Below the pieces are notes generated by a model that saw only the letters and a program-made list of their open reading frames with translations, did not search any database and was not told where the DNA came from. Shown here piece after piece: positions 31,917-41,117 of a DNA stretch of 64,000 nt (the first letter of the stretch is position 1; each line of letters opens with the position of its first letter). The stretch is from NCBI GenBank assembly GCA_963674755.2, contig CAXXVS010000002.1, positions 1,312,001 to 1,376,000 of the forward strand, given 5' to 3'. The position numbers and the translations under genes were made by a program. The DNA comes from Desulfobacterales bacterium. GTDB taxonomy: Bacteria > Desulfobacterota > Desulfobacteria > Desulfobacterales > UBA5852.

Positions 31917-32074
31917 CCTCAGCCCTGTTTCCCGAAAGCGGACCTGGGGGCTTCGTTCGCTCATCATGGTTGCCGGCAAACCGGATCGGGGCACCCGGCA
32001 CACTACCCCTCAATGCCGCCGGCAGCGGTATTGTCACGTTTCAATCTGTTTAAGCTTTCAGTGAAAGGTAGTCT

Positions 32075-32647
32075 ATGAAAATTTACACCGGAGGCGGCGA
32101 TCGCGGCCGCACCAGCCTGTTCAGCGGCGAGCGCATTGCCAAGGACGATGGACGCGTGGAGGCCTACGGCGACGTGGACGAACTGAATTCCCTGCTGGGT
32201 GCGGTGATCGCCGCCCTGCCCGAAGGCTGCAATGAGCTGGACGCTGAACTGAAACAGATCCAAAGCGACCTCTTCCGCATCGGGGCCCGCCTGGCCACGG
32301 CGGGGGACGACCCGTCCTTTGCCGCCACCCGATATTTCCCCGGGGATCGGGCCCGGTTCCTGGAAGAGGCCATCGATCGGATGGATGAAACCCTGCCCCG
32401 CCTGGGCCAGTTCATTCTTCCCGGGGGCCACCCGGCGGCCTGCTGGAGCCATGTGGCCCGCTGCGTCTGCCGACGCGCGGAGCGCCACGCCGTGGGCGTC
32501 CTGCGGGATATGGACGCCGGAGACGACGCCCACGACGGTACTTTGACCTATCTCAATCGTCTGTCCGACTATTTGTTCGTGCTGGCGCGCTATTGCAACC
32601 ACGTTGCCCACACGCCCGATGTGCCCTGGGAACAACCCCGGCCATGA
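32075..32647 (+). CDS. pduO: PduO-type ATP:cob(I)alamin adenosyltransferase
   Basis: MKIYTGGGDRGRTSL, AYGDVDELNS, FILPGG, RCVCRRAER, YLNRLSDYLFVLAR. Confidence 0.95.
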   Translation: MKIYTGGGDRGRTSLFSGERIAKDDGRVEAYGDVDELNSLLGAVIAALPEGCNELDAELKQIQSDLFRIGARLATAGDDPSFAATRYFPGDRARFLEEAIDRMDETLPRLGQFILPGGHPAACWSHVARCVCRRAERHAVGVLRDMDAGDDAHDGTLTYLNRLSDYLFVLARYCNHVAHTPDVPWEQPRP

Positions 32648-33321
32648 CGACGGTGTTCGTGCCCGCCAACGCGCCATACACCAGCTGCATCACCCGCCGC
32701 CAGTGGCTCACAGGCGACGTATTCACCCTGGGGCTGGCCCGCCCGCCGGCGTTCGCGTTTACCGCCGGCCAGCGGGTGCGGTTCCACTTGCAGGGGCAGG
32801 AGCGCGATTACTCGCTGATTCCCGGCCCTCACCCCGATGAACTGGAACTCCTGATCCGTGCGGTGGCCGAAGGCCTCGTGTCTTCCCATCTCAGCCGCTG
32901 CCCGCTGGCGACGACGCTTGATTTCAGCGGACCCGGCGGCCATTTCATCTATCGCCCCTCCCCCCGGCAGGCGGTTTTCATTGCCACCGGCACCGGGATT
33001 GCCCCTTTTGCGGCCATGTGCCACCGCGGGGTCCGGGGATTTATCATGCTGCATGGTGTGCGTGCGGCCGGCGACCTCTATTATCGCGAGATCGTCGAAT
33101 CGGCCGCCGTCCAATTTGTCCCCTGTCTGACCGGCCCGCTTGCGCCGCCGTCTCCCGCCAGTGTCTTTGCAGGACGCGTAACCCAGTATCTGCGGACCGA
33201 ACTGCCTCCCGGCGCATATGATTTCTATCTCGCCGGCCGCCGCGAAATGATCGCCGATGCCATGGCCATCGTCGATGAGCGCTTCCCCACCTCCCGCGTC
33301 TATACGGAAATTTTCTTCTGA
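32644..33321 (+). CDS. FNR-like FAD/NAD(P)-binding oxidoreductase
   Basis: FTAGQ, RDYSL, GLVSSHL, FIATGTGIAPF, HGVR, GRV, EIFF C-terminus; ATGA overlap with pduO. Confidence 0.9.
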   Translation: MTTVFVPANAPYTSCITRRQWLTGDVFTLGLARPPAFAFTAGQRVRFHLQGQERDYSLIPGPHPDELELLIRAVAEGLVSSHLSRCPLATTLDFSGPGGHFIYRPSPRQAVFIATGTGIAPFAAMCHRGVRGFIMLHGVRAAGDLYYREIVESAAVQFVPCLTGPLAPPSPASVFAGRVTQYLRTELPPGAYDFYLAGRREMIADAMAIVDERFPTSRVYTEIFF

Positions 33322-33340
33322 CAGCGCCAGGCCCCACGCC

Positions 33341-33369
33341 TTGACAAAACCCGGGGTTCCCTATTAAGT
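33341..33369 (+). promoter_or_regulatory. possible sigma70 promoter of trpB2
   Basis: Perfect TTGACA at 33341-33346; weak -10 candidates within TATTAAGT. Confidence 0.35.
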
Positions 33370-33464
33370 GCTCTATTCGATTGAACGCTCCTGTTGGAAC
33401 GGATCAGCCCGTCAAACAGGAAAAAAACGGTTTTGCAAGGAACCCTCACGAAGGAGAAGCGTGC

Positions 33465-34844
33465 ATGAATGCTCGACAAATCATATTGCCCCATGCCGAA
33501 ATGCCGCGCCAATGGTACAATATTTTAGCGGATATCAAGATGAACCCCCCCCTGGGACCGGACGGCAAGCCCGTCTCCCCGGAGGCCCTGGCCCCGGTGT
33601 TCCCCATGAACCTCATCGAGCAGGAAGTCAGTGCCGAGCGCTGGATCGACATTCCGGAACCGGTTCTGGATGTGCTCAGCATCTGGCGGCCCTCCCCCCT
33701 CACCCGGGCCTATGCATTTGAAAAGGCGCTGGGCACCCCCGCCAAGATCTATTACAAAAACGAAGGGGTGAGCCCGCCCGGAAGCCACAAGCCCAACACC
33801 GCCGTTCCCCAGGCTTATTATAATAAGGTTTTTGGTATCGAGCGCCTGACCACCGAAACCGGCGCCGGCCAATGGGGCAGCGCCCTGTCGTTTGCCTGTT
33901 CCCAGTTCGGTCTGGAATGCCGCGTCTACATGGTGCGCATCAGCTTCGACCAGAAACCTTACCGCAAAGCCATGATGGAAACCTGGGGCGGCCGCTGCGT
34001 CCCCAGCCCCAGCAGCGAAACCAAGGCCGGCCGCGACGCCCTGGCCAAGGACCCCGACACCCCCGGCAGCCTGGGGATCGCCATCAGCGAAGCCATCGAG
34101 GTCGCGGTTTCCGACACCAGCGGCAAGACCCGCTACTCTTTGGGCAGCGTGCTGAACCACGTCATGCTGCACCAGACCGTCATCGGTCTGGAGGCCAAGA
34201 AGCAATTCGACCTGATCGGCGACTATCCGGATATCGTCGTCGGGTGTGCCGGCGGCGGCAGCAACTTCGCCGGCCTGGCCTTTCCCTTTGTCTACGACAA
34301 GATCCACGGCCGCGACATCGCCATCTACCCGGTGGAGCCCAAGGCCTGCCCCACCATGACCCGGGCCCCTTTTGTCTATGACTACGGCGACACGGCCGGC
34401 TACACGCCCCTTCTGCCCATGTACAGCCTGGGACACGATTTTGTGCCGCCGCCGATCCATGCCGGCGGCCTGCGCTACCACGGCATGGCCCCCACGGTGA
34501 GCCAACTGGTCACGGAAGGCATCTGCGAACCCAAAGCCGTGACCCAGACGGAAGCCTATCAGGCCGGCGTGCTGTGGGCCCGCACCGAAGGCTACATTCC
34601 AGCCCCGGAAACCACCAACGCCATCGCCCAGGTGGTCAAGGAAGCCCGCCAGGCTAAGGAGGAGGGACGCGCCAAGACCATCGTCATGACCTGGAGCGGA
34701 CACGGTCTGCTGGATCTGGGGGCCTATGACCGCTATTTTTCCGGCGAACTGAACGACATCGCCATGTCGGACGAGGATCTGCGCCAATCCCAGGCGGTGT
34801 TCGCCGACTATCCGAAGCCGCAGTCGTTGAAGAGCATCCCTTGA
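33465..34844 (+). CDS. trpB2: TrpB2-type tryptophan synthase beta-like PLP enzyme
   Basis: [12 protein letters not shown] (PLP lysine), [53 protein letters not shown]. Confidence 0.96.
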   Translation: MNARQIILPHAEMPRQWYNILADIKMNPPLGPDGKPVSPEALAPVFPMNLIEQEVSAERWIDIPEPVLDVLSIWRPSPLTRAYAFEKALGTPAKIYYKNEGVSPPGSHKPNTAVPQAYYNKVFGIERLTTETGAGQWGSALSFACSQFGLECRVYMVRISFDQKPYRKAMMETWGGRCVPSPSSETKAGRDALAKDPDTPGSLGIAISEAIEVAVSDTSGKTRYSLGSVLNHVMLHQTVIGLEAKKQFDLIGDYPDIVVGCAGGGSNFAGLAFPFVYDKIHGRDIAIYPVEPKACPTMTRAPFVYDYGDTAGYTPLLPMYSLGHDFVPPPIHAGGLRYHGMAPTVSQLVTEGICEPKAVTQTEAYQAGVLWARTEGYIPAPETTNAIAQVVKEARQAKEEGRAKTIVMTWSGHGLLDLGAYDRYFSGELNDIAMSDEDLRQSQAVFADYPKPQSLKSIP

Positions 34845-34937
34845 ATCAATCATAACGGCATCCGGTGGTGGGAGGACCTGCACGCCCCTGCCGGATGCCA
34901 CCCTGCAGACGCTTCGGAGCGACAGGCCAAAAGACTT

Positions 34938-35216
34938 ATGGACACGATCCCAAAAGAAAGACAAATCCGCTGCCCGCGCCTGGGCGGCCCGGTTCCGTTC
35001 GCCTATTGCGACACAACGGGCGAAAACGGAAAGCCCTGCTTCAAGATCGCGGATTGCTGGTGGACGTACTTCGATGTGATGGGCTATCTCAACAAACGCT
35101 TGAGCGCCGAGGAACGCAATGATCTTCTGGGGCGCCGCCCCCCGCCCAAACTGAACAGCATCCTCGACATAATCCAGCAGGCCCGCCAAAATGCCCTGTC
35201 GGACGAAAAGGAATAA
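34938..35216 (+). CDS. small Cys-rich hypothetical protein
   Basis: RCPRLGGPVPFAYC...PCFKIADCWW. Confidence 0.75.
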   Translation: MDTIPKERQIRCPRLGGPVPFAYCDTTGENGKPCFKIADCWWTYFDVMGYLNKRLSAEERNDLLGRRPPPKLNSILDIIQQARQNALSDEKE

Positions 35217-35585
35217 TTCTGCCGTCGTTGGACCAACGGCCTGTGCAGATTCCCTGGGCCATGTGCCGGACATCCTCCCCTCTGGGGACGGCCGGATAAG
35301 TCCGCTCCGTGTCAACGCTTCTGCGATAGTCCCAATGCGTAAGGATTGAACGCCCCTTTCCGGACACACGCCTGAAACGATCATACGCGACCATGTCGGA
35401 AGGACCTGTAGCCTGTTTTGGATTTCATCGAGTGCTGTGCTAAAGAGGGGATGATTCCGAAGGGGATGCCCGTCGCGCTAAAACCATCACCTGAGCATCA
35501 GGGTGAGAAAGCATGCGTGATCGCTTGGGAATGCTTCAATTTAAGGCATCTTTGAGATGCTGTCAAAAAGCGGGGAGAGCACTTC

Positions 35586-36068
35586 ATGACCGATCGCATA
35601 GCGGAGATCCGCGCCGCGCTGGCCGCCGCAGCGGAAGACACCCAGGGGTTCTACGCAACGCTTACCTCCGATCAGCTCCAATGTGTGGTTTACACGGAAG
35701 AAGTCCACTGGACCGCACGCCAGGTCCTGGCCCATCTGGTCACCATCGAGAAGTCCATGCACGCCCTTTTCCGGAATATCCTGTCGGGCGGACCGGGATC
35801 GTCCGCCGATTTCGACGTGCTGCGGTTCAACCGCAGCCAGCCCCAGAAGCTCGATCACCTTGCCATGCCCGAACTCCTCGACCGCTTCAAGGCGGTCCGC
35901 CAGGAGACCATGGCCATTGTGGCGGCCATGTCCGAAGAGGACCTCGACCGGGAGGGCCGGCACGTCTTCCTGGGCCATGACCGGCTGGAGCGCTTTATCC
36001 GCTGGGCCTACGAGCACGCCCGGCTGCACGAGGACGATGTGCGCCGAGCGCTCGCCCGGACCGTTTGA
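35586..36068 (+). CDS. DinB/YfiT-family four-helix protein
   Basis: WTARQVLAHL, DLDREGRH, HARLH metal triad pattern. Confidence 0.85.
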   Translation: MTDRIAEIRAALAAAAEDTQGFYATLTSDQLQCVVYTEEVHWTARQVLAHLVTIEKSMHALFRNILSGGPGSSADFDVLRFNRSQPQKLDHLAMPELLDRFKAVRQETMAIVAAMSEEDLDREGRHVFLGHDRLERFIRWAYEHARLHEDDVRRALARTV

Positions 36069-36135
36069 CGCGCCCGGAGACGCTTGACGTCCCTTTTTTC
36101 ACACGCGCTGCACAGTCTCTGCTAAGGCCGGGATG

Positions 36136-37425
36136 TCAGCCCAAATAAAACCTCAGGATGAGGAAATAGAGGCAGCCGCCTCCCAAAAGCGCGGCCAGGG
36201 GCACCCGCATGTGGCGGTAGACGGGCAGCAGCGGGGTCTCGAAATAGGCGTTAGAGAGCAACAGGCAGAGGTGCAGGGGCGACAACAGGACGCCCGTAAA
36301 ACCGCTCACCAGGGCCAGCGCCAGATAAGGCAGCATCAGATGCCCCTGCCCCAAGGTGTGGATCAGGGAAATCAGGATGGGGAAAGTGGTCCCCACGAAA
36401 GCGATGGTAATGCCCCCCACGAGGCCCACGATAAACGGCAGTATTACGACCACGGCCATCAGCGGTATATTCCAGTGCAGAATCTCCCGGCTGAGCTGGC
36501 TCACCGCGCCGCTGTCTTCCAGGATCCCCTTGAACACCAGAATCCCCGTAACCATGTAGATCATCTTGAAAAGGGCGGGTTGCACCACGATGGCCCAGCG
36601 GGATTTGGCCGGCATGCGATTCAGGTGCCACACCCACCCGACGCCCACCAGCAGGGCCGCAATCAAGCCGGCCTCTTTGGCCAGCGCGCGGGATTCCGGG
36701 GGCAGGAGGTCGAAGAGCAATTCTCCCAGGCCCAGTCCGCCTACGATCACGATCAGGACCGGCGTCAACTCCTTTAGAAAGGGTCCCACGGCCCGTGGCG
36801 GGCCGTCCTCCACAGCCATAACCGTGCCCCGTAGCGGCCAGTAGCCAACGGCAATGGCAATCAGGGTCAAGGGCAGCGTATAGAAGACCAGGTGCCAAAG
36901 ATCGATCTCCGCCAGTGCAGTTGTCAGCAGAATACCTGGATAAAGGGGCCACCAGTATTCCCATATATGGCGGTACCAGTAGTTGATGTAGCTCAAGGTG
37001 GCGCCTGTCAAATCATGGGATTGGCCGATTGCTTTCACCATCGGCGCTGAGAAAATCGCTCCCCCCGGCATGGGAAGCAGGCCGATCAGGGCCGGAAACA
37101 CCGCCAGATTCAACTTGGGCCAGCGCACCAGTCCCTGGTAGGCCGCCAACAGGCGTTCCATCTGCCCGGATTTCTCCAAACTGTGGCTCAGCACCAGGAT
37201 CAGGCTGATCACAACAGTCAGGCTAATGGTTTTGGTCAGCAGCACGGATTTCAGAAAGGACTGCAGAATGCGCAAGGGGTCCATGCCGAAGACCAGCCCC
37301 AGGCTCACGGCTCCCAGCATGAAGGCATGCCCCAGAGCCCATTTGCGCTTTATGACGAATAAAATCAGGATGAATGCCAGCAGGATGCGAAGCGTTGCCG
37401 GAAGGTTCGTGATCAGCGGGGGCAT
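36136..37425 (-). CDS. DUF401-family membrane transporter-like protein
   Basis: PALIGLLPMPGGAIFSAPMV, INYWYRHIWEYWWPLYPG, LLSPLHLCL; about 10 TM segments. Confidence 0.88.
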   Translation of the reverse strand: MPPLITNLPATLRILLAFILILFVIKRKWALGHAFMLGAVSLGLVFGMDPLRILQSFLKSVLLTKTISLTVVISLILVLSHSLEKSGQMERLLAAYQGLVRWPKLNLAVFPALIGLLPMPGGAIFSAPMVKAIGQSHDLTGATLSYINYWYRHIWEYWWPLYPGILLTTALAEIDLWHLVFYTLPLTLIAIAVGYWPLRGTVMAVEDGPPRAVGPFLKELTPVLIVIVGGLGLGELLFDLLPPESRALAKEAGLIAALLVGVGWVWHLNRMPAKSRWAIVVQPALFKMIYMVTGILVFKGILEDSGAVSQLSREILHWNIPLMAVVVILPFIVGLVGGITIAFVGTTFPILISLIHTLGQGHLMLPYLALALVSGFTGVLLSPLHLCLLLSNAYFETPLLPVYRHMRVPLAALLGGGCLYFLILRFYLG

Positions 37426-37563
37426 GGGGTGATGGACATCCTTTTGGGGAGAAGGTTGCAACGGTTATTGGCATTAGCGATAGCGGTCGCGCCGGCCTAT
37501 TCTTTCCGCAGCATGCACCGCAGGACGCAGTGCATGGCGTTTAGGATGACGGCCACAGGGGTG

Positions 37564-37860
37564 TCAGCCATCGGTCAGCATTTCCTGGACCAATAGAGTC
37601 CATTCTTCCGTCAACGGAATGGCAGGACGCGGTCGGCCGGCGCGGCGGTACCAGTAATCGGCATTCCAGAGCACGCCTTCTTCGCGGTGCAGATAGGCAT
37701 GCACGGCGCTGCCCTGGACCGTGGGGATGGTCTGGGCGATGGCGTGGGCCCGGTCCCAGTCCCCCTTGCGATCCCACCACAGGGCGACCAGGGTTTGGGA
37801 CAAGCCCGCTTGCGGCAGGTCGTGCGTACCGATATGCGCCACGAAATCATCGAGGGTCAT
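37564..37860 (-). CDS. conserved hypothetical protein
   Basis: GDWDRAHAIAQ...VHAYLHREEG...NADYWYRRAG; GGAGG RBS. Confidence 0.85.
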   Translation of the reverse strand: MTLDDFVAHIGTHDLPQAGLSQTLVALWWDRKGDWDRAHAIAQTIPTVQGSAVHAYLHREEGVLWNADYWYRRAGRPRPAIPLTEEWTLLVQEMLTDG

Positions 37861-37930
37861 GTCAACCTCCGGTGGTATGTGCGTGATAGGGTGAGGAAAG
37901 GCGGTCGGCGGGCCCCCAACCCGGCCGTTT

Positions 37931-38932
37931 TCAAACCGGCGCCAGGAGTTTCTCCAGACGTTTGATGTTCGCTGCGGCGCCCACCACGACCAGGGTATCG
38001 TGGCCCTCCAGCAGGGTCTGGGAGTCCGGGTTGAACACCATCTTGCCGTCTCCCTTTTTAATGGAAATGATGATCACGTTGAATTTAGGACGGATCTCGG
38101 CCTCATAGAGGGTGCGATGGACAACGGGGGAATGGGTCTTGATGGTGATCTCCTCCACCTCCACGTCCATCGAATCATCGGAAAAGGCCATTTCGAGGAA
38201 TTCGATCACCGTTGGGCGCAAAATGGCATGGGCCATGCGCCGGGCGCCGAGGTCGTAGGGCGAGACGACCTTGTTGGCCCCGGCGGCCGTCAGCGTCCGT
38301 TTGGCCGAGTTCATGACGGCCCTGGCCACGATGAAGATCGTGGGGTTCATCTGGCGAGCCAGCAATACCAGAAACACATTGTCGGCATCCGACCCCACCA
38401 CCGTTATCAGCCCCCGGGCCCGTTCGATGCCGGCCCGCATCAGGAGGGATTCATCCGTGGCCGGACCCACGAGATAGAGAATGCCGTCCTCATCCATCAC
38501 CGCGACGCGTGCCGCGTTTTGTTCGATGACGACCACATCCAGATAGCGTTGAATCAGGAAGCGCGCCAGGGCGCGCCCCATCCGGCCGTACCCGCAGATG
38601 ATATAATGATTTTTGAGCTTGTTGATTTGTCGATCCAATTTTCTTCTCCCCAGGACGTGCCGAATGCGGCCTTCCACCAGAAACGGGATGAAGTTGCCCA
38701 CCACGTAAAGGAAATAGCCGACCCCCAGAAAGATCAGTACCAGGGTAAACAGGCGTCCGGCCGGGCCGACGGGATGGACTTCCCCATAGCCCACGGTAGC
38801 GACGGTAATGACGGTCATGTAAAGTGCGTCAATGAAGCTCCACCCTTCGATGGCCATGTACCCCCACGAGCCGATGGCCAGCAGCACAAAAAACAGGGCA
38901 ATCGACAAGATGGTCTGTTTCTTTTGGCCCAA
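37931..38932 (-). CDS. potassium channel with RCK domains (MthK/Kch-like)
   Basis: TVGYG selectivity filter, CGYGRMG Rossmann motif, C-terminal RCK_C; TTG start at 38932 inferred from GGGAGA RBS (alternative 38971). Confidence 0.93.
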   Translation of the reverse strand: MGQKKQTILSIALFFVLLAIGSWGYMAIEGWSFIDALYMTVITVATVGYGEVHPVGPAGRLFTLVLIFLGVGYFLYVVGNFIPFLVEGRIRHVLGRRKLDRQINKLKNHYIICGYGRMGRALARFLIQRYLDVVVIEQNAARVAVMDEDGILYLVGPATDESLLMRAGIERARGLITVVGSDADNVFLVLLARQMNPTIFIVARAVMNSAKRTLTAAGANKVVSPYDLGARRMAHAILRPTVIEFLEMAFSDDSMDVEVEEITIKTHSPVVHRTLYEAEIRPKFNVIIISIKKGDGKMVFNPDSQTLLEGHDTLVVVGAAANIKRLEKLLAPV

Positions 38933-39182
38933 GAATCGATCTCTCCCTGGCAGATGGCAGCTGTAAGGCACCGCGGTTCAGAACGCTTCCGGTGCGTGAG
39001 ATAACTTGACGCGTCTCGGAACAGATGTAATTTAACATGCCAGCTCCTAAAAAAACAGTAAAGACCGTTAAAACATCGACCATGGAACAGGGAATCACAA
39101 GCCTCGATCCTGATAGACGCCATAGGGCGGGAGAGGGCTGCCTGCAGCATTGACTTGGACAGGACCACTGGAGGAACAACCG

Positions 39183-39365
39183 ATGCCAACACGGGCAGCA
39201 TTGGAGAAACAGCGCGCCGAACTGGAGGCGGAGATTGCTGAAGCGCGACGGCGTCTGCCGGCCCACTCGGTGCAACCGATGGTCATGCAGATGCTGTTGG
39301 ACCTGGAAGACGCGTATGGCAAAATTCTGCAGGACATTGCAGCACTTAGGCGGAATGGGCCGTGA
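39183..39365 (+). CDS. small coiled-coil hypothetical protein
   Basis: GGAGG RBS; helix-LPAHSVQP-helix. Confidence 0.7.
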   Translation: MPTRAALEKQRAELEAEIAEARRRLPAHSVQPMVMQMLLDLEDAYGKILQDIAALRRNGP

Positions 39366-39430
39366 TAACCAATTGTAATGGATGGAAAAACGAACCAGCG
39401 ACAGGTCGTAACCTAAATGGGAGAAAAAAC

Positions 39431-40267
39431 GTGCTGCAAATCGGAAGTTATAATACCCTCATTGTCCAGCGCCGCGTCGATTTCGGACTTTACCTGAACC
39501 CCAAGGAAGAAGAAGTCCTCCTGCCGTCTAAATACGTCCCCCCAAACATCGGCGTCGGCGATGCCCTGCGGGTATTTGTCTACACCGATTCCGAGGACCG
39601 TCCGGTGGCCACGACCCTCACGCCGAAGGCCGTGGTCGGCGAAGTGGCCTGCCTTGCGGTGAAGGACACCTCCCCCATCGGCAGTTTTATGGACTGGGGT
39701 CTCGAAAAAGATCTTCTCGTGCCAAAGGCCGAGCAGGAAACCCGCCTGCGTGCGGGCCAGCGCTCCGTGGTCAAGGTCCTGCTGGACCGGAAGACCAACC
39801 GGGTCTTCGGCAGCACCCGGATCGCCCGTCATTGCCGCAAGGCCCAGGACGGATTCAAAGCCGGGCAGCAGGTCCGTCTGATGATCTACCGGTTCACCAA
39901 GCTCGGCACCTTGGCCGTGGTGGACGATGCCTTCATCGGCCTGATCTATCACTCGGAAACCTATGAACTGCTCAAGATCGGCGAGTGCCGCCCGGGCTAT
40001 ATCCGCGCCCTGCGCCCGGACGGCAAAATCGACCTGACCCTCAAGAAGCCGGGTTCGGCCTCCCTTTCCGGTTCCGCCCGGCGCATCATGGAAGCCCTGC
40101 GTAAATCCGGCGGCGTTATCCCTTTACATGACAAAAGCCGCCCCGAGGACATCACCGCCCTGCTGGCCATGAGCAAAAAAGAATTCAAACGGGCCGTGGG
40201 CGGGCTGTATAAAAAACGGCTCATTGACATCACCGATCAAGGGATCGCCCTTAAAAATCCAACTTGA
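39431..40267 (+). CDS. cvfB: CvfB-family S1 RNA-binding protein
   Basis: FGLYL, VLLP, VFVYTDSEDRPVATT, DWGLEKDLLVP, RPDGKIDL, DKS, MSKKEFKRAVGGLYK; GTG start. Confidence 0.93.
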   Translation: MLQIGSYNTLIVQRRVDFGLYLNPKEEEVLLPSKYVPPNIGVGDALRVFVYTDSEDRPVATTLTPKAVVGEVACLAVKDTSPIGSFMDWGLEKDLLVPKAEQETRLRAGQRSVVKVLLDRKTNRVFGSTRIARHCRKAQDGFKAGQQVRLMIYRFTKLGTLAVVDDAFIGLIYHSETYELLKIGECRPGYIRALRPDGKIDLTLKKPGSASLSGSARRIMEALRKSGGVIPLHDKSRPEDITALLAMSKKEFKRAVGGLYKKRLIDITDQGIALKNPT

Positions 40268-40306
40268 CCAAAACGCTGCTGACCGCCAAGCACCGTGACA
40301 ACCGCA

Positions 40307-40501
40307 TCAAGGCCAGGTGACGCGCAAGTTCCGCAGAATGCGGCTCACCACCATGCCATGCTCGGCCAGGAAGATGGATAACTCCTCCAAGGCGTCTTCA
40401 TCGATGTCGACACCCCCCGCTGCAATGAGATCCGCCAGACGCGCCGCCGCATCCAGGAGACGGTCATAGGCATCGGCATCTTGTTTGGTCATGGGAGACA
40501 T
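40307..40501 (-). CDS. short YebG-like protein (N-terminally truncated paralogue)
   Basis: KQDADAYDRLLDAAARLADLI...LEELSIFLAE matches the helical part of YebG and of the adjacent gene. Confidence 0.7.
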   Translation of the reverse strand: MSPMTKQDADAYDRLLDAAARLADLIAAGGVDIDEDALEELSIFLAEHGMVVSRILRNLRVTWP

Positions 40502-40665
40502 GGTTCGTCGCTCGTCACCACGCTATACCGGCAGTACCGGATTGTGAATCCTCAGTAAATCGACAACCGCTTCTTTCACTTCGGGCGTCCCACCTTGCGG
40601 GAGACGCAGCAACACCCTCTCGAAGGGTGACAAAAACGCTGCGGGGTGTCCCGGAAGCGTGAAGA

Positions 40666-41013
40666 TTACTTGTTGCGCCGTCGGGCCGCCGGGGATCTGG
40701 TGGGTTTCTTTTCAGAAGACGGAGAGGCGTCGTCCCCACCGGATGCGCCGTCGGTTTCCGATGGGGGGGCAATCGGCTTGATGCCCTTGAGGATCCTAAC
40801 CACTTCGGGGCCGTTTTTAGCGAGCAGAATCGCAACCGCGTCGATGGCCTCATCCGCAATAGACACGTCGAGTGCACTGGATTTGATGAAACCGGCCAGC
40901 TGCTCGGCAGCATCGAGCATTTTATCATAGGCCTCGGCGTCTTTTTTGACCGAAAACACCTGGTCGAGCTCTACGCCGTTGCGAACCACCACGTATCGCG
41001 TAATCACCGCCAT
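40666..41013 (-). CDS. yebG: YebG-family protein
   Basis: MAVITRYVVVRNGVE...KKDAEAYDKMLD...LLAKN; AAGGAG RBS. Confidence 0.9.
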   Translation of the reverse strand: MAVITRYVVVRNGVELDQVFSVKKDAEAYDKMLDAAEQLAGFIKSSALDVSIADEAIDAVAILLAKNGPEVVRILKGIKPIAPPSETDGASGGDDASPSSEKKPTRSPAARRRNK

Positions 41014-41117
41014 AATCGTCGATCTCCTTGCTGTAATGTAAAAAAGGCTGCATTCACAAACGGGACATCAGTCCCGGCCGGTCCGCATGGCATGTCGCCG
41101 CCAAACGACCGTGATGC

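Noticed and set aside
33525..35384. Long antisense ORFs (619 aa here; also 207-1508, 2684-3757, 5594-7273, 17331-18641, 42012-43634, 54159-55244)
   Set aside because: They are shadows of well-supported genes on the opposite strand, expected from GC-rich codon bias, and show no motifs
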